Assembly: GCA_036172245.1 (NCBI GenBank)
Contig: JAYWIR010000011.1
Location: forward strand, 1-64,000
DNA: 64,000 bases
Source: Raillietiella orientalis
Taxonomy: Eukaryota
Direction: 5' to 3'
The translations under genes were made by a program, and so were the position numbers. Below are positions 53,080-64,000 of this stretch, piece by piece. Every line of letters starts with the position of its first letter. The first letter of the stretch is position 1. The notes under the pieces were generated by a model. That model saw only the letters and a list, made by a program, of their open reading frames with translations. It was not told the DNA's origin and searched no databases.

Positions 53080-55450
53080 TCGTCGGTCGTCGGTCGTTAG
53101 GAAGGCATATATGTGTGTATGTATATGCGGCGACGCAGCAACACATACGTGCAGACACTGTAGTCGTGTACGTGCATAAACACTCAGAAGAACGGTGAAG
53201 AAGAAGAAGTTGCGCGCCATCCAATCACACCATGCACTTCCTTTCCTCAAGGGGTTTTGAGCCAAGACCTCTTCCTCGTCCCGCCTGCTTCCTCCCTTGT
53301 CCTAAGAGTTTAACAGATCAATGGGGAGGGTGCCGTGAGCTGGAAAGGTGGGGCGGGAGGCCATTCTTACGCGAGAGGGACTCGGCGGGATGGGAGAAGA
53401 AGGGAGGAAGAGGTCTCGGGGCCCCTTCGTCCCGGGAAGTGGGCAGTGGAGGGCTCCGTTGCGATCTGCCCAGCAGGGCGCGACCGAGGCGGCCTTTTCC
53501 CCTGGTGACAGAGCGGTGCGATGGAACGGAAGAGGGAGGGGGGGGGGGTCACGACCGCTATCAGCCGACCACCGGTACTTCCGCTGCCGCCGCCTCGCTT
53601 CTTCGGCGAAAAATCCTCTTCTTCCGCCCTCTGCGAGCCGTGCACCTGCGAGACAACAGCGCGCCGCGAAGAGGCTCGCGGCAGTGTTCGAGCCTTCCTC
53701 CCCCGCACCGTCTGCAGGACGCTCCGCGGCGGCGGTGATGCCATCGCAGTGGAATTCCTGGCGGGCGGTCGCGCGCGACCTGCTGAGCTGTGCGCGCACC
53801 TTTTCCTCCTCCTCGCACGTTCTCCCGCGCGACCGAGTTGCCCCCGCGGAGCCGACGGAGGCAGCGCGCGCGGACCCCCTTCGGAAGCGGCCGTTCCTGG
53901 CCGACCCGTCGCAACCGAGCAGAGGGAAGGAGGAGACAAGCGGGAGGGACGCGAGCGTCCTTTGGAAAGATCTGCCCGAGGGCACAAGCCGCCGCCGCCC
54001 CCCCCCCCCCTTCTGCGGCGGGTTCCCCCTCCAGCTTACGGCTTCTCTCTGCTCGCAACACGCGCAGAGCCTTCGCGCGATCGCCTGGCACACGTCACGG
54101 CACCTCCGCTCGCGTGCGCGGCACGTGAGCCCTCCCTTGGCGGGAGGGCGGGGGAACTTCGCCCCGCGCGCCGCAATAAGCGCCTTCCTCTTAGTCGCTC
54201 GCTCGCTTTCGCTTCGCCCGCGTTCGCTTTCGAAACTCAAGGTCGGCGTTTCGCAACGCGGGCACGGTCTCCGGCGGCCACGGCGACCGGTAAATAATAA
54301 CAACGGCACGTAATGGGAACGCGCCATGGCATCCGTCGTTTTTTTTTTTTTTTTTTTTTTTTTCCCACAGCCAGGCGCATGAGCTGCACACGTGATCGCG
54401 AGGAGCGGAGCGCATCTGGAATGATGTGGAGCTTCTTCGGGCGGCTCGCACTGCTGAGCAATCGAGGGTCGCACCCCCACGTCGGACACGGTGCAGCAGG
54501 CGAACAGCTTTCGGGGAAGAGAAAAGGGGGGGGGGGAGGAAGGAATCCGAGTAACGGGGAGGCCTCCGATGAATCCTGATTAAGCACCTGTTAAGAGAAG
54601 GGGAAAAACGCACACGCATTCACCGCTGCGGAGAGGGAGGGGGGGTGGGTGGGTGGAAAGAAAGAAAGATCACGTGGTTCCGCTTCGTGCGCTGGCGCCT
54701 TGGGAAAGATGGCAGCGGTCTGCAAGAGATGGCCGCAGCAGGGTGCAGCCCGGGCTCGCCCTTCGGCAGCGCGAGGGAATGCTTCCTCCGCGAGCTTCGT
54801 CCGGCGACCAGAAGGAAGACAAAAAAACCCGCGGCGGGCAAGGCCCGACCTGAGGGTTCGCTCGAGAAGAGCTCTTGCCCTTGGTCTCCGGGTACGGCGA
54901 AAGGCGACGCGGAGGGACAGGGCGGCGGTCACGTGCCCGCGGTTGTTGCGCGGCCGAACAACGCCATCACGTGACCAGGGCAACGCAATCGCAGGATCGG
55001 AAAGAGATTACGGCAGCGCCTGGATGACCTTAGAGATCAAGTCATTTTACTTTGGCGCTTTCCAAATCGAAACCGTACCTTCGGCGGCGACAACAGCGCA
55101 TGGAATTCTTCTTTCCTGCGCTGAGGTCGCCGCCGCTTGAATTGTCTTCCTTCTTTGTTCTTGCGGCCGTCTGAAGAACGAAAAGCGTTCCTGTTTATTA
55201 CGAATTTATGCGCCCATTTATCGATCCCCCGATGATCACGAAATTCGGTACGATCGAGTGCTTTGCATTCCTCCAGGTTACGTTTATCGGATGCTCCGGA
55301 GGGACGGGGCGGCCAGGCAACGAGCGAAGATCACAGAAGGCGGGAGGAGGAGGCAGGTGAGACGGCGAAGGGAATTTTCGCTCTCCGATTCCCATGCCAA
55401 TTCGCGCCAGGCGGCGGTAGGAATCGCTCCTTTCTGATAATGCCATGGGG

Positions 55451-55452
<2 letters not shown>

Positions 55453-55510
<58 letters not shown>
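55453..55510. repeat. (AC)n microsatellite, about 29 units
   Basis: Uninterrupted acacac run. Confidence 0.97.
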
Positions 55511-55512
<2 letters not shown>

Positions 55513-55649
55513 CACACACGCAAACACACTTCCTGCTTCACGTTGCGCACTCCTGAAGATTCATCCCTCGAAATTCATCCAGGGGCGAATTCCTGCTCTG
55601 GGAATTCCGCTCCAGTCTTGCTGTGCCTACGGAGTGCCTACTTCTCCAT

Positions 55650-56190
55650 TCCGCCTAGGCAGCGTTCCCGCTCCAGATGAGGACGGTTACCTTTGGAAAC
55701 GGAGTTCAAAAGTGGATCGCTTCCCTGCGAGAGCAGAAGGGAACCGTTGCAGCTTTGGTATGTGGCACGTCTTCCCCGGCAGAGGCTTTTTTTGTTTCTT
55801 TCCCTTTCGGACCGAGAATTTCCTAATTTCGGATAGCTCGGGCATTCCTCGTGATCAGCAGTCGTGCAGGAGCAAGACCGAGCAAAGATATTTGCCACGG
55901 GTGATGTTTGCTCGGCACACAAACGGCGCGGATTCCGGGCGTTTTCCAGGCGTTCTTGCGTCGGGCCCGACCAACTTGCCGCCATGGCGCACGGAGGAGG
56001 ATCCATCTTGGGAAGGCGCTGCCCTTCTCGAAAAGGCGGAACCGGGAGCCGAAAAAATCGGGAGGAAGAATAGGGGATGGTGAGATTCGTCCGACCCGCT
56101 TCTTTTCTTCTTCCCGTGAGAGAGAGCGCTCCGGAAAACGGCAGGACGTGCTCTCCCCAGGAATGCCATCCCGGCAAGCGTCGAGCACAC
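55650..56190 (-). mobile_element. Tc1-family DDE transposase remnant
   Basis: GSDESHHPLF..FSAPGSAFSRR..SVRHGG..ANITRGKYLCSVL..*PSSS mirrors the Tc1 pattern WSDES.F..FGSDG..VWR..TVKHGG..G.xN..Y..IL..WPSQSPDLNP. No terminal inverted repeats found. Confidence 0.5.
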
Positions 56191-59100
56191 ACCGATCGCG
56201 GGACCGTTCCTCCTTCGCTTTCGTGATCGTGATCATGATCATCGTCGTCATCACCCGCCGTCACCTCTCCCTTCCGATCAGCTTTCGTTTCCCCCGCGTC
56301 ACATTCCGCGCTTACCTGGGGCGCGCGCGCACACGTTCGCCGACGATAACTGAAATCAAGGCGATGCAAAAAACGAGGAAAGAAAGACCTTCTTCCTCTC
56401 CTCCTCCTCCTCCTCTTTGATTCTCGGTCTGAGGCTTCGGAAAAATTCGAAATTCAATTTATCCCATGCGTTTTCGGAGATGCGCCTTCCCGTATCCACC
56501 ACTGATTAAGCATTGCTGGTTTCCTCTGCTTCAGAGGCGCGTCACGTCCGTGCATTAGCACGGAAGGAAACCTTAATTCAATAAATTCTGCTCAGAGTTC
56601 TCAGATTACACGGACATTTCCGAGATATGTTTTCCTTTCGCTCCACAATCAGTCAATTACGGAGCGAGTTAATCTGCCGGTCGATATTTTTCCCGAAACC
56701 GTTTTCCTCCTCCTGCCGTGTGCGATCTTTACGATTTCCTGAGGTTTCCGGACCCGTCGTCGGGCCAGGGGATCAAAGAGCACAGAATCCGCACCGTTCC
56801 GTTTCCGAGCGGGGTGAAAGGAGCGTTGCGAAATTTCCACGAGGAGTTAACCTTCCCTAAAATTGGCTATCAAAAGTTACCGTTTCCAAGGAGAAGAAAT
56901 CTCGGGAAAAGTTTGCATTGCCATCTTCACTAATTTTCGAAGCGTGGGACCGTAATGAACTGCCTCGCTTAAGTGGGATCCGCCGCCGGTCCAGGGACGG
57001 GAGAGAGCTCCGAGGAACCTCTTCCCTCCTCCGTGGCAGATCAATATTTCGTTTGCTTGGAATTCCGCACGCTGCCGTTGAACGTTTTGAATTCAAACCA
57101 AATCACAGCCAGAATGTTTTCCTCCCCTCCCCTCCTCTCGCCTCTTTGCCTTTCCACATAAAATGCTTTTCCTTTATTTATTTATTTTCTCCTCGCAACT
57201 GCCTTGATTCGACAATTCAGTTGGGACGCTAACGAATGTTTACCTGAATAACATAATTTGCGGAATAAGCGGGTGTGATTTGAATTCGTAATTATGGATG
57301 AGTTCCGGGACTCGTGAGCAATGAATTATAGGATTTTAATCGCGGCAGCTGAATTTTTTCATCTGGCTGCCGTGTCCGCGTTGTCCTCCTGATGGCGGCA
57401 GCCAGAAGTGCTGCTGCTGCTGCTGCTGCTGCGTGGCGGCTTGGATGCTGTCGCCGGAGGCAATCTTCGAAATCGGCACTTTGCAGGCACACCCAATCGG
57501 AGATGTTGCGAGCTCGCGTGGTTGAAGGCAATCTGAGGAGCTCTTCCAGGAACTTCCAGGAAGGAGCGAAAGGGACCGCGCGCGGCAGCATCCGCTAGAA
57601 CACGCAACACCTCACACTTCACGACGGACGGAGTCCGACGGGATCAAAGTTCCACTGAAGCTGCTGAAAAGGCACACTTTCCGCCCGAGGAGACAAAGCA
57701 TTTGCCGTTTAGCCAGGAGATTTTTCAATAGCCAAGTACGCGCGGATACGGGAACGCAGGAGCAAAAAAAGGAAAAACATGATGGAATTCATTAACAAGT
57801 GTACACATAGTTGATATGACTGTATGCAAAAACCCCGTCCACTAATCAAGTGAATCGGCTGTGTGAGTGCTTAGGGGGGAGAACCTTTTGGTTACAAAGT
57901 GCAATTTCCTTCTGCCATTAGGCATTCGAGGTTAAAACTAAAAAGAGACAACCTGGCGGTGGTGTGCATGTGCTCCCTCTTATAAATCTTGAGGGGGGGC
58001 ATGGGACTCTAGACTCGGGAATTGTTCACGTGATCGAGGATGCAAAAAGCCCTCACTGCAATTCTATCAACGGTGTGTTCCATTCATCGTCCGTAACACA
58101 CTTTCACACTTCTCTTCGTCAATTCGTCTGCTTGGTAGCATTGCTGTATACAGAACATATGTGTAAAAGACATCACCCGACCTGAGATTTTGGGATATTC
58201 TGCCACCGAGTCATAATGTTTTCTATGTTCTCACGTTATCCGTCTGAGCTTTCTCTTAAAATGCCTTTTTAGGAAAGCACTGAACAAAGAAGGCAGGGAA
58301 AAGAAGAAAACTCTCACGAATAACCCAGTTAAAAGAAATATTGCTTTGCATCGAAAGTTTTATTTTATTCAGCTTATGCTATATTCACATATATTTTCAC
58401 ATCTGTCTTCTTTTTACATGCTGAAAAAAATTCAGATCAAAAACACACACATACACACACACATAAGAGCGTGGTTATATATGTGTGTAAAATTGAAAGT
58501 TACAAGGAAGCACACACACACAATCACACACGTACATGTGTGTTCGTGTATACACTATAGAAGAATGATAAAGTCAGGAATTTTATCAATTTTGTTCACA
58601 TGTTATCTCCGTTCTGATACAGTGACTGTTCAAGTACGTTTGCAGGCACAACGGTATCAGCTTCTATCCATTTCGTCTGTTTTCCACTTTCAGTGACAAT
58701 CGTGGCCGAGACTGATATGCTTTCAAATAACGCCAAACATAGTAACATGGTCGGCGTGCTCTCACCTTTTTCGATTCAAATAAGCGTTTTTCCCCTTTAT
58801 GCATACAGCACTTTAACTTTACCGCACAAATAAATTGCTCACAATTCTTTCAAAGACTTGTTTGCAGGAATGACGGATTTCCATGAAGACAAGACTCTTT
58901 CAAGGGTAACCCTATGAAGCATTCCATTCTATTATAGATTACTGTAAAAGATTGTGTGCTGAGTAATTCCAACATTGGGAAAAGGAAAACAAAGTTAGGA
59001 GCTTAGAACAATTTAGGCCTCAACATTTACAAAGGCATATCGGCAAGTAGGAATTTCTCCACCCCTTATCAGAAAAAAAAAAGAAAGAAAGAAATTAAAA

Positions 59101-61847
59101 GACAAGCTGAATATAGGAAGTGGACGTTGAACCCTCGGAAGTGAATGCAAAAGTAAAAACTGCAGAATTGAAAATAGCTCCTAATTTTCCATCATAAAAA
59201 GTATTCCGGGATCCAAACTGGTCCAGAAGCAATTGTAATATCCGAGTGCCAAATTCCAGATGTTGTCACCCTGGCACATTTGAAAGCAAAGCGTATTGTT
59301 GATGGCAATGGAAGCGGTGGCAGGTACGGTACGTGGTGATGCGGCAAGTGGACGTGTGTACGGATGTTAGGAGTTGGCCACAGTTGTTGTGTTTATTGTG
59401 GACATTCTTGATGTGGTTGAGGATCCATTCCAGTAGTGCACTTGTACACGAATACTGCTTTCTTGTTTGTGGGAGTGTTTCATTGCGAGACTTATGCAAT
59501 CTCTAGGTACGTACTGGAGCCATGCTGTGTGTTCATGATTCAGATGCCCATCCTTGCCTTTTTCCTTCACATAATAAGAAAGCTTGGCGTTTTTTTTTAA
59601 AATGTGAACGGTGTGATTGTGCTTTTCGTGGACTTCTGAGCGGTCTAAGCTCCCAGTGAATCGTTTTTCGACTCCTTAGATTGCTAAATTATTTTTGGAA
59701 CCTTGTTTCATAATTAGAGCCATGATGGAATATTGTTGATGCAAACTTAGATTCCTGCTAGAATGGCTGATAAAAGAGTATGTGCAGAAGTTCCGCCTGA
59801 AGTGTTATTCTCAGCATAATTTTATGAATACCTTAACCTTTCCTATGAAGAAAATGAGTATCACGAAAGAGTCATTCATACCATCCATATAAGTAAAGCA
59901 GTGGTTTTGACTTTCGGATTAAGTAGTTTGGTTTCGGGCAGTGCTCTGTAGAACTACCCTGTATTTCAGATGATAAATGAGAGTGCTTTCAAAAATAAGT
60001 GATTCTTGTTGTGTATGTGGTCATTTTCTGTCATTGCAAGAAGGTATTGGTGTGTGAATGTACATTTAAAGTTCAGCTAAGTGGTTTGCAACAGTTTGTG
60101 AAAAGATTAAGTTTGGAATACTGTGCCTTGGAACAATGGAGGCTCTTGCAGTAGGAACCTTTTTGTCTTCAGGGAGGTGCAAGACAAGAAAATCAAATTC
60201 CTTGTGACTTTCAATTTTACAGATTTTCATTTATGTCTAATTAGATGTGTTCTCAAGCATTATAATAATTTCAACATCATGTTTTGTGTTTATTGCAGTA
60301 ACAAATACTTGTGATGAATGCCAATATAACATTTTTAACCAAAGAGTCATCAGGAGCACCATTTTTGTGTCTTGAAGGTAAAAAATTTTCCCATTATTTT
60401 TCCAGTGATGTGAACTTGGTGTTTATGGTAAGTCATTTGCACATTAAGCATTAGATTACAAATGTTGTGCCACAAGACTCTTAGCATACTTGAGTAGGTG
60501 AAGTTAAGGAAAAAATAGGAGACCATTGGTCTGTTATGTTGGGAGGGAGTTTATGTAAACTACTTGAAAAATGTAATTAAATCAAAAATAGAATAAGTTT
60601 TAAAAATAGACCATCCTTCTATTAATGTAGCTAGTGTAAAAAATCCTCAGTTTTCACGTTTAATTATTGGGAGCAAGGTTGTGATCCCTTTCATTAGTAT
60701 ACAGATATTTGGTGTGTGCAGTTTTGAGGATCAGTAATATTTACTGTCAGTAATATTTTGAGGATCAGCATTTTATTCTAATACATTTTTTGCTTTAGTG
60801 TTATGAAATTGAACCAATCTTGTAGAAAGTTACACTTCTGTGAATGCATTTTTGAGAAAGCATTTGGTGAAACTTTGTTCAATTTCCGGATAGTTTCGGC
60901 TGTTTATTATATTGTAGTTTTGGGCATTTTTTAGGTAAAGTCAAGCAGAATATTTGATCCATATCATTTGAATTTTGAAATTCGCACACTGACTTCATTT
61001 TAAAGTATGCAAATGCAAGTAGACATTTGGTATGCTTATCAAAAAACCTATTCAACGTCGGATCCCCTCTCCCATGGAAGTGCCCCTCAAAAAGCACCTT
61101 TCGAATCTCCAGTTTTATTTTTTCATTTCATGTATTCAATGTTCATTTTATTCTGCTGAGCATGCTTGGTTCTAATGTTTGTGTAACCGATGTTAAAGGA
61201 ATATGCGCAAACAGAACCATCATATGGTTGCACATCAGAAATAAAGTTCGTAATCCCCCAATTGCCATTATTTTATGGTTCAGTCTTTTTTTCTAACATT
61301 TGCCCAATTCACAGACTTGATGTGAGTTGCATTATTGATAGTACTTTGAATACTATACTACTGCAATGGTATATCATGGTATAATGCAGATTGCATGTGC
61401 TAATTGATACAGAATTGGGTACAAATTAGATGGTATTCATAGTATATAACTTAGTATAAGTGACCGAAATGTTGTGCTGATTTCGTATATAAGACATCTT
61501 TTGGAGAGAGACGATTTCCTTTTATTATTGCGGTGAACCACATCCAAAATTTCCATCAGATCCCAAGAAATCCATATTTACCATGAAAATGTATGCCATC
61601 TGTAGCTAATGCATTCCTTGAGTCTCGTATTTCTGGCCCGAAAATGCGGATGCATTCGTGAACTTCATGTTTGACGTGGGCTTCGATGAAAGTAAAATCG
61701 GATTAAGTAACTTTGATGATGCAATATTGCAGGAAAACCATATCCAATATGTGCTATTGATTTATCTGTTTGTACACTTCGCCCTCAAAGAACCATCTCT
61801 CCGTTTCCGATGATTTAGGATTGTGCAGGTTTGCAATTAGATCGTTT

Positions 61848-61894
<47 letters not shown>

Positions 61895-64000
61895 GTGTAG
61901 GTTTCCATTTTGTTTTCCTTGTTTTGTTTTGTTTTGCGATTGCATTAATTCGGTAGTATGGAATGTCGCCCCAGATTGCGCTCCCGTGTTTTCTATCCTT
62001 GGTGGTGGTGGGGATTCAGTATAAAAAAATAAATAAATACAGTTTGTGAGCTAGATCTATGTTTCGAAAGTTGTTCTGAAGCTGGATGTAATGGAACCTG
62101 AAATGGTCCAGCGTCAAGTGACTTGGCGGGTTTGCCAGCGCAGATCAGCATCCCGTGTGACAGAAATCATCCATCGCCATCCTCCCGTGTGCAAGAAATT
62201 CTGGTCGGAGGATTGAACATTTTTTTTTTTTTTTTCTCTCCCGATCGGATGCTGGTCGGACGTTCCCTTGCCAACGTGATTTTCCTGTTCTTTTTCTTCC
62301 CATCTCCGCAAAAAAAGCTGCGGAAATTCGTTTCTCCGGATGCATCACTTTGTTCCTGTTGAAGGCGACGAGAAGAACATGTGGCTTCCGGTTGCGCCAT
62401 GCTTTTTGTTGTTGCTCTGACATTTTGTGTTTTTCGTTCATGGGAACGTATGCCAAACAGAAGCGTGCAGCCAGTGGTCCCAAGTACTGAACCCCAGTTT
62501 TGCCTTGGACCTTGCCAGACACGAAATCTTCTTTCGTGGTTTCAGCAGGTCGGCGGTGCTTCTTCGACTGTGTCCACTTTGGAGGAATAGTTGCGGAAAT
62601 TTTCTTCTCTTGCCGTGTACACATTTCCACTCTTGCTATTTACAGAAATACAGTCGGGTCCCATCCGTTCGTTTGGCTGCTGAAGTCCGCCCCCTGGTTG
62701 CGTAAGAGAATTTGGCGTTATCTGCCATAATGGAACAGAAGTGCAGTGCGGTTTACCTAATCGAAAGTGTGCTGAAACTCCTGCAAGAAGCCTCAAATAG
62801 CATATTGAATTCGATTTTTGGATCTCTGTTGTTTACTAGACCGATCGCATCAAAAGAACGTCTTTAATGCCATTGGTCAGTCTTTCTATCCCCCCCCCCC
62901 ATGTCTTTGGAAATGTGCTTGGTGTACGCGATGCATCGTATTTTATTTCCTGTTTATGCAGTTTGAAAATCTATTTAGCGTTGCATTTTGCATTTGTTTC
63001 ATGAAAAGCGGAAGTTTCGTTCTTAGCATTATGCAGTTGATCGGAACCAAAGCAATTTGGACGGGTGGTCGTGTGTTGGTGTTGTTTGCATGTTGTACAC
63101 AAGCTTTCCAAGACCTTGTTTTCTACTCCGTTTTGACTGCATGCAACCCGTGAAACCTTTTAAGGACCTACTGCTCACAAGCTGTGAATTCGGTGGCTGG
63201 TTTGAAGCCGTGCCGACATTTCCAGGTGTGGTGGTATGCCAATAAATGGATGCACGTGTGTATTCCTTAAAAACACTGAGGATAAAGTCAGGCGTATCAT
63301 CAAAAAATCTGGAATTTTCAAAGTGAGTTTTTAGTTCCGGGTTCTCGTCAATTTAAGGAACTCGGAACTGAAACCAGAGAGATTGACGTTGATTAAGAGG
63401 AAAGTGTGTTGGATGTCGAAACTGTCTGTCGCACTGTATGCAACTGGAAGTGGGAAAACGCCAAACGGATGTAAGGTTCCAGCAGTGGCAGTGAGGCTGC
63501 GCACATAAGGGATCCTTCCCTTGTACGACTGTACGACCCCGTTGTTCGGTAAGGCTGGTTGAATGATCGTTTGGCAAGTAATTCGATTCGAGAAACGCAC
63601 GAAACGTTCAGTGTGTACGCCCACGCTAATCGAAAGGTGCCGTACCACTTTTCCCAACCACGAAGGGTGCCCACTCATCAGAGACCAAAGGTGGTTTCTT
63701 TCGTGCGCCATGTAGATGGAATTATTATTATTATTTTTCGAGTACGTATATCCCATGATAGAGTTCCTTTGCGAGGTTTCGCCTGTTCTTATTGATTGAC
63801 CGACGCTTGGACACTTCTGCCATTTTGCTTAGGGTCAGCAGGGAATACTTTTAGCCCGCGTTGTTGCTTTAGTGCGTGGGTCATGGTTTGCCTTCCCTGA
63901 TGCCTTCGTTTCGACGTTTACAGTTCCATGAATTCGAAATTTGAATCGCAGATGGTGTACTGTTTTTTTTTTTTGTTGTTTCACATTACAGATCTCATAC

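Noticed and set aside
54339..54520. Strong acceptor-like poly-T plus cccacag on the plus strand
   Set aside because: No matching donor or recognisable peptide, and T-runs are common in this sequence.
5524..57600. Numerous long ORFs (e.g. 5524-6519, 37678-39087, 40427-41572, 48103-49185, 53302-54489)
   Set aside because: They overlap in several frames, are Arg/Pro/Gly/Ala-rich and show no intact recognisable domain; this is expected when stop codons are scarce at high GC.
59266..59499. LNHIKNVH C2H2-finger-like peptide on the minus strand
   Set aside because: There is no correctly spaced CxxC pair and no supporting exons.
59720..60420. C/D snoRNA-like TGATG boxes
   Set aside because: No convincing D box, terminal stem or recognisable rRNA guide.
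63425..63465. ATGSGKT P-loop-like peptide on the plus strand
   Set aside because: The frame is short and bounded by stops, with no other helicase motifs nearby; likely chance.

Overview
Eukaryotic genomic DNA, probably from an arthropod (inferred from the kinase sequence and abundant CpG). The left end holds part of a minus-strand PERK/EIF2AK3 gene: a clear kinase subdomain I-II exon (773-990) and a probable transmembrane exon (1985-2116). These lie between two tandem arrays, a 180-bp array (1-689) and a ~281-bp array of about 12 copies (2105-5496), and the second array begins inside the 5' end of the transmembrane exon. From ~5.5 to ~57.7 kb the sequence is very GC- and CpG-rich with no intact protein gene I can recognise; nearly all listed ORFs there look like GC-content artefacts. 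This block contains heavily decayed transposon fragments: R2/RLE-like, L1/Tx1-like and I/Jockey-like non-LTR elements, BEL/Pao integrase and Tc1 transposase. It also contains three partial copies of a long tRNA-headed SINE-like element (one with an A tail and a 17-bp target-site duplication), one intact tRNA-Ala(AGC) gene, and some regulatory-looking islands. After ~57.7 kb the sequence becomes AT-rich and partly CpG-poor. All transposon calls rest on by-eye motif recognition in frameshifted sequence, so their boundaries are approximate. I found no convincing novel multi-gene system.
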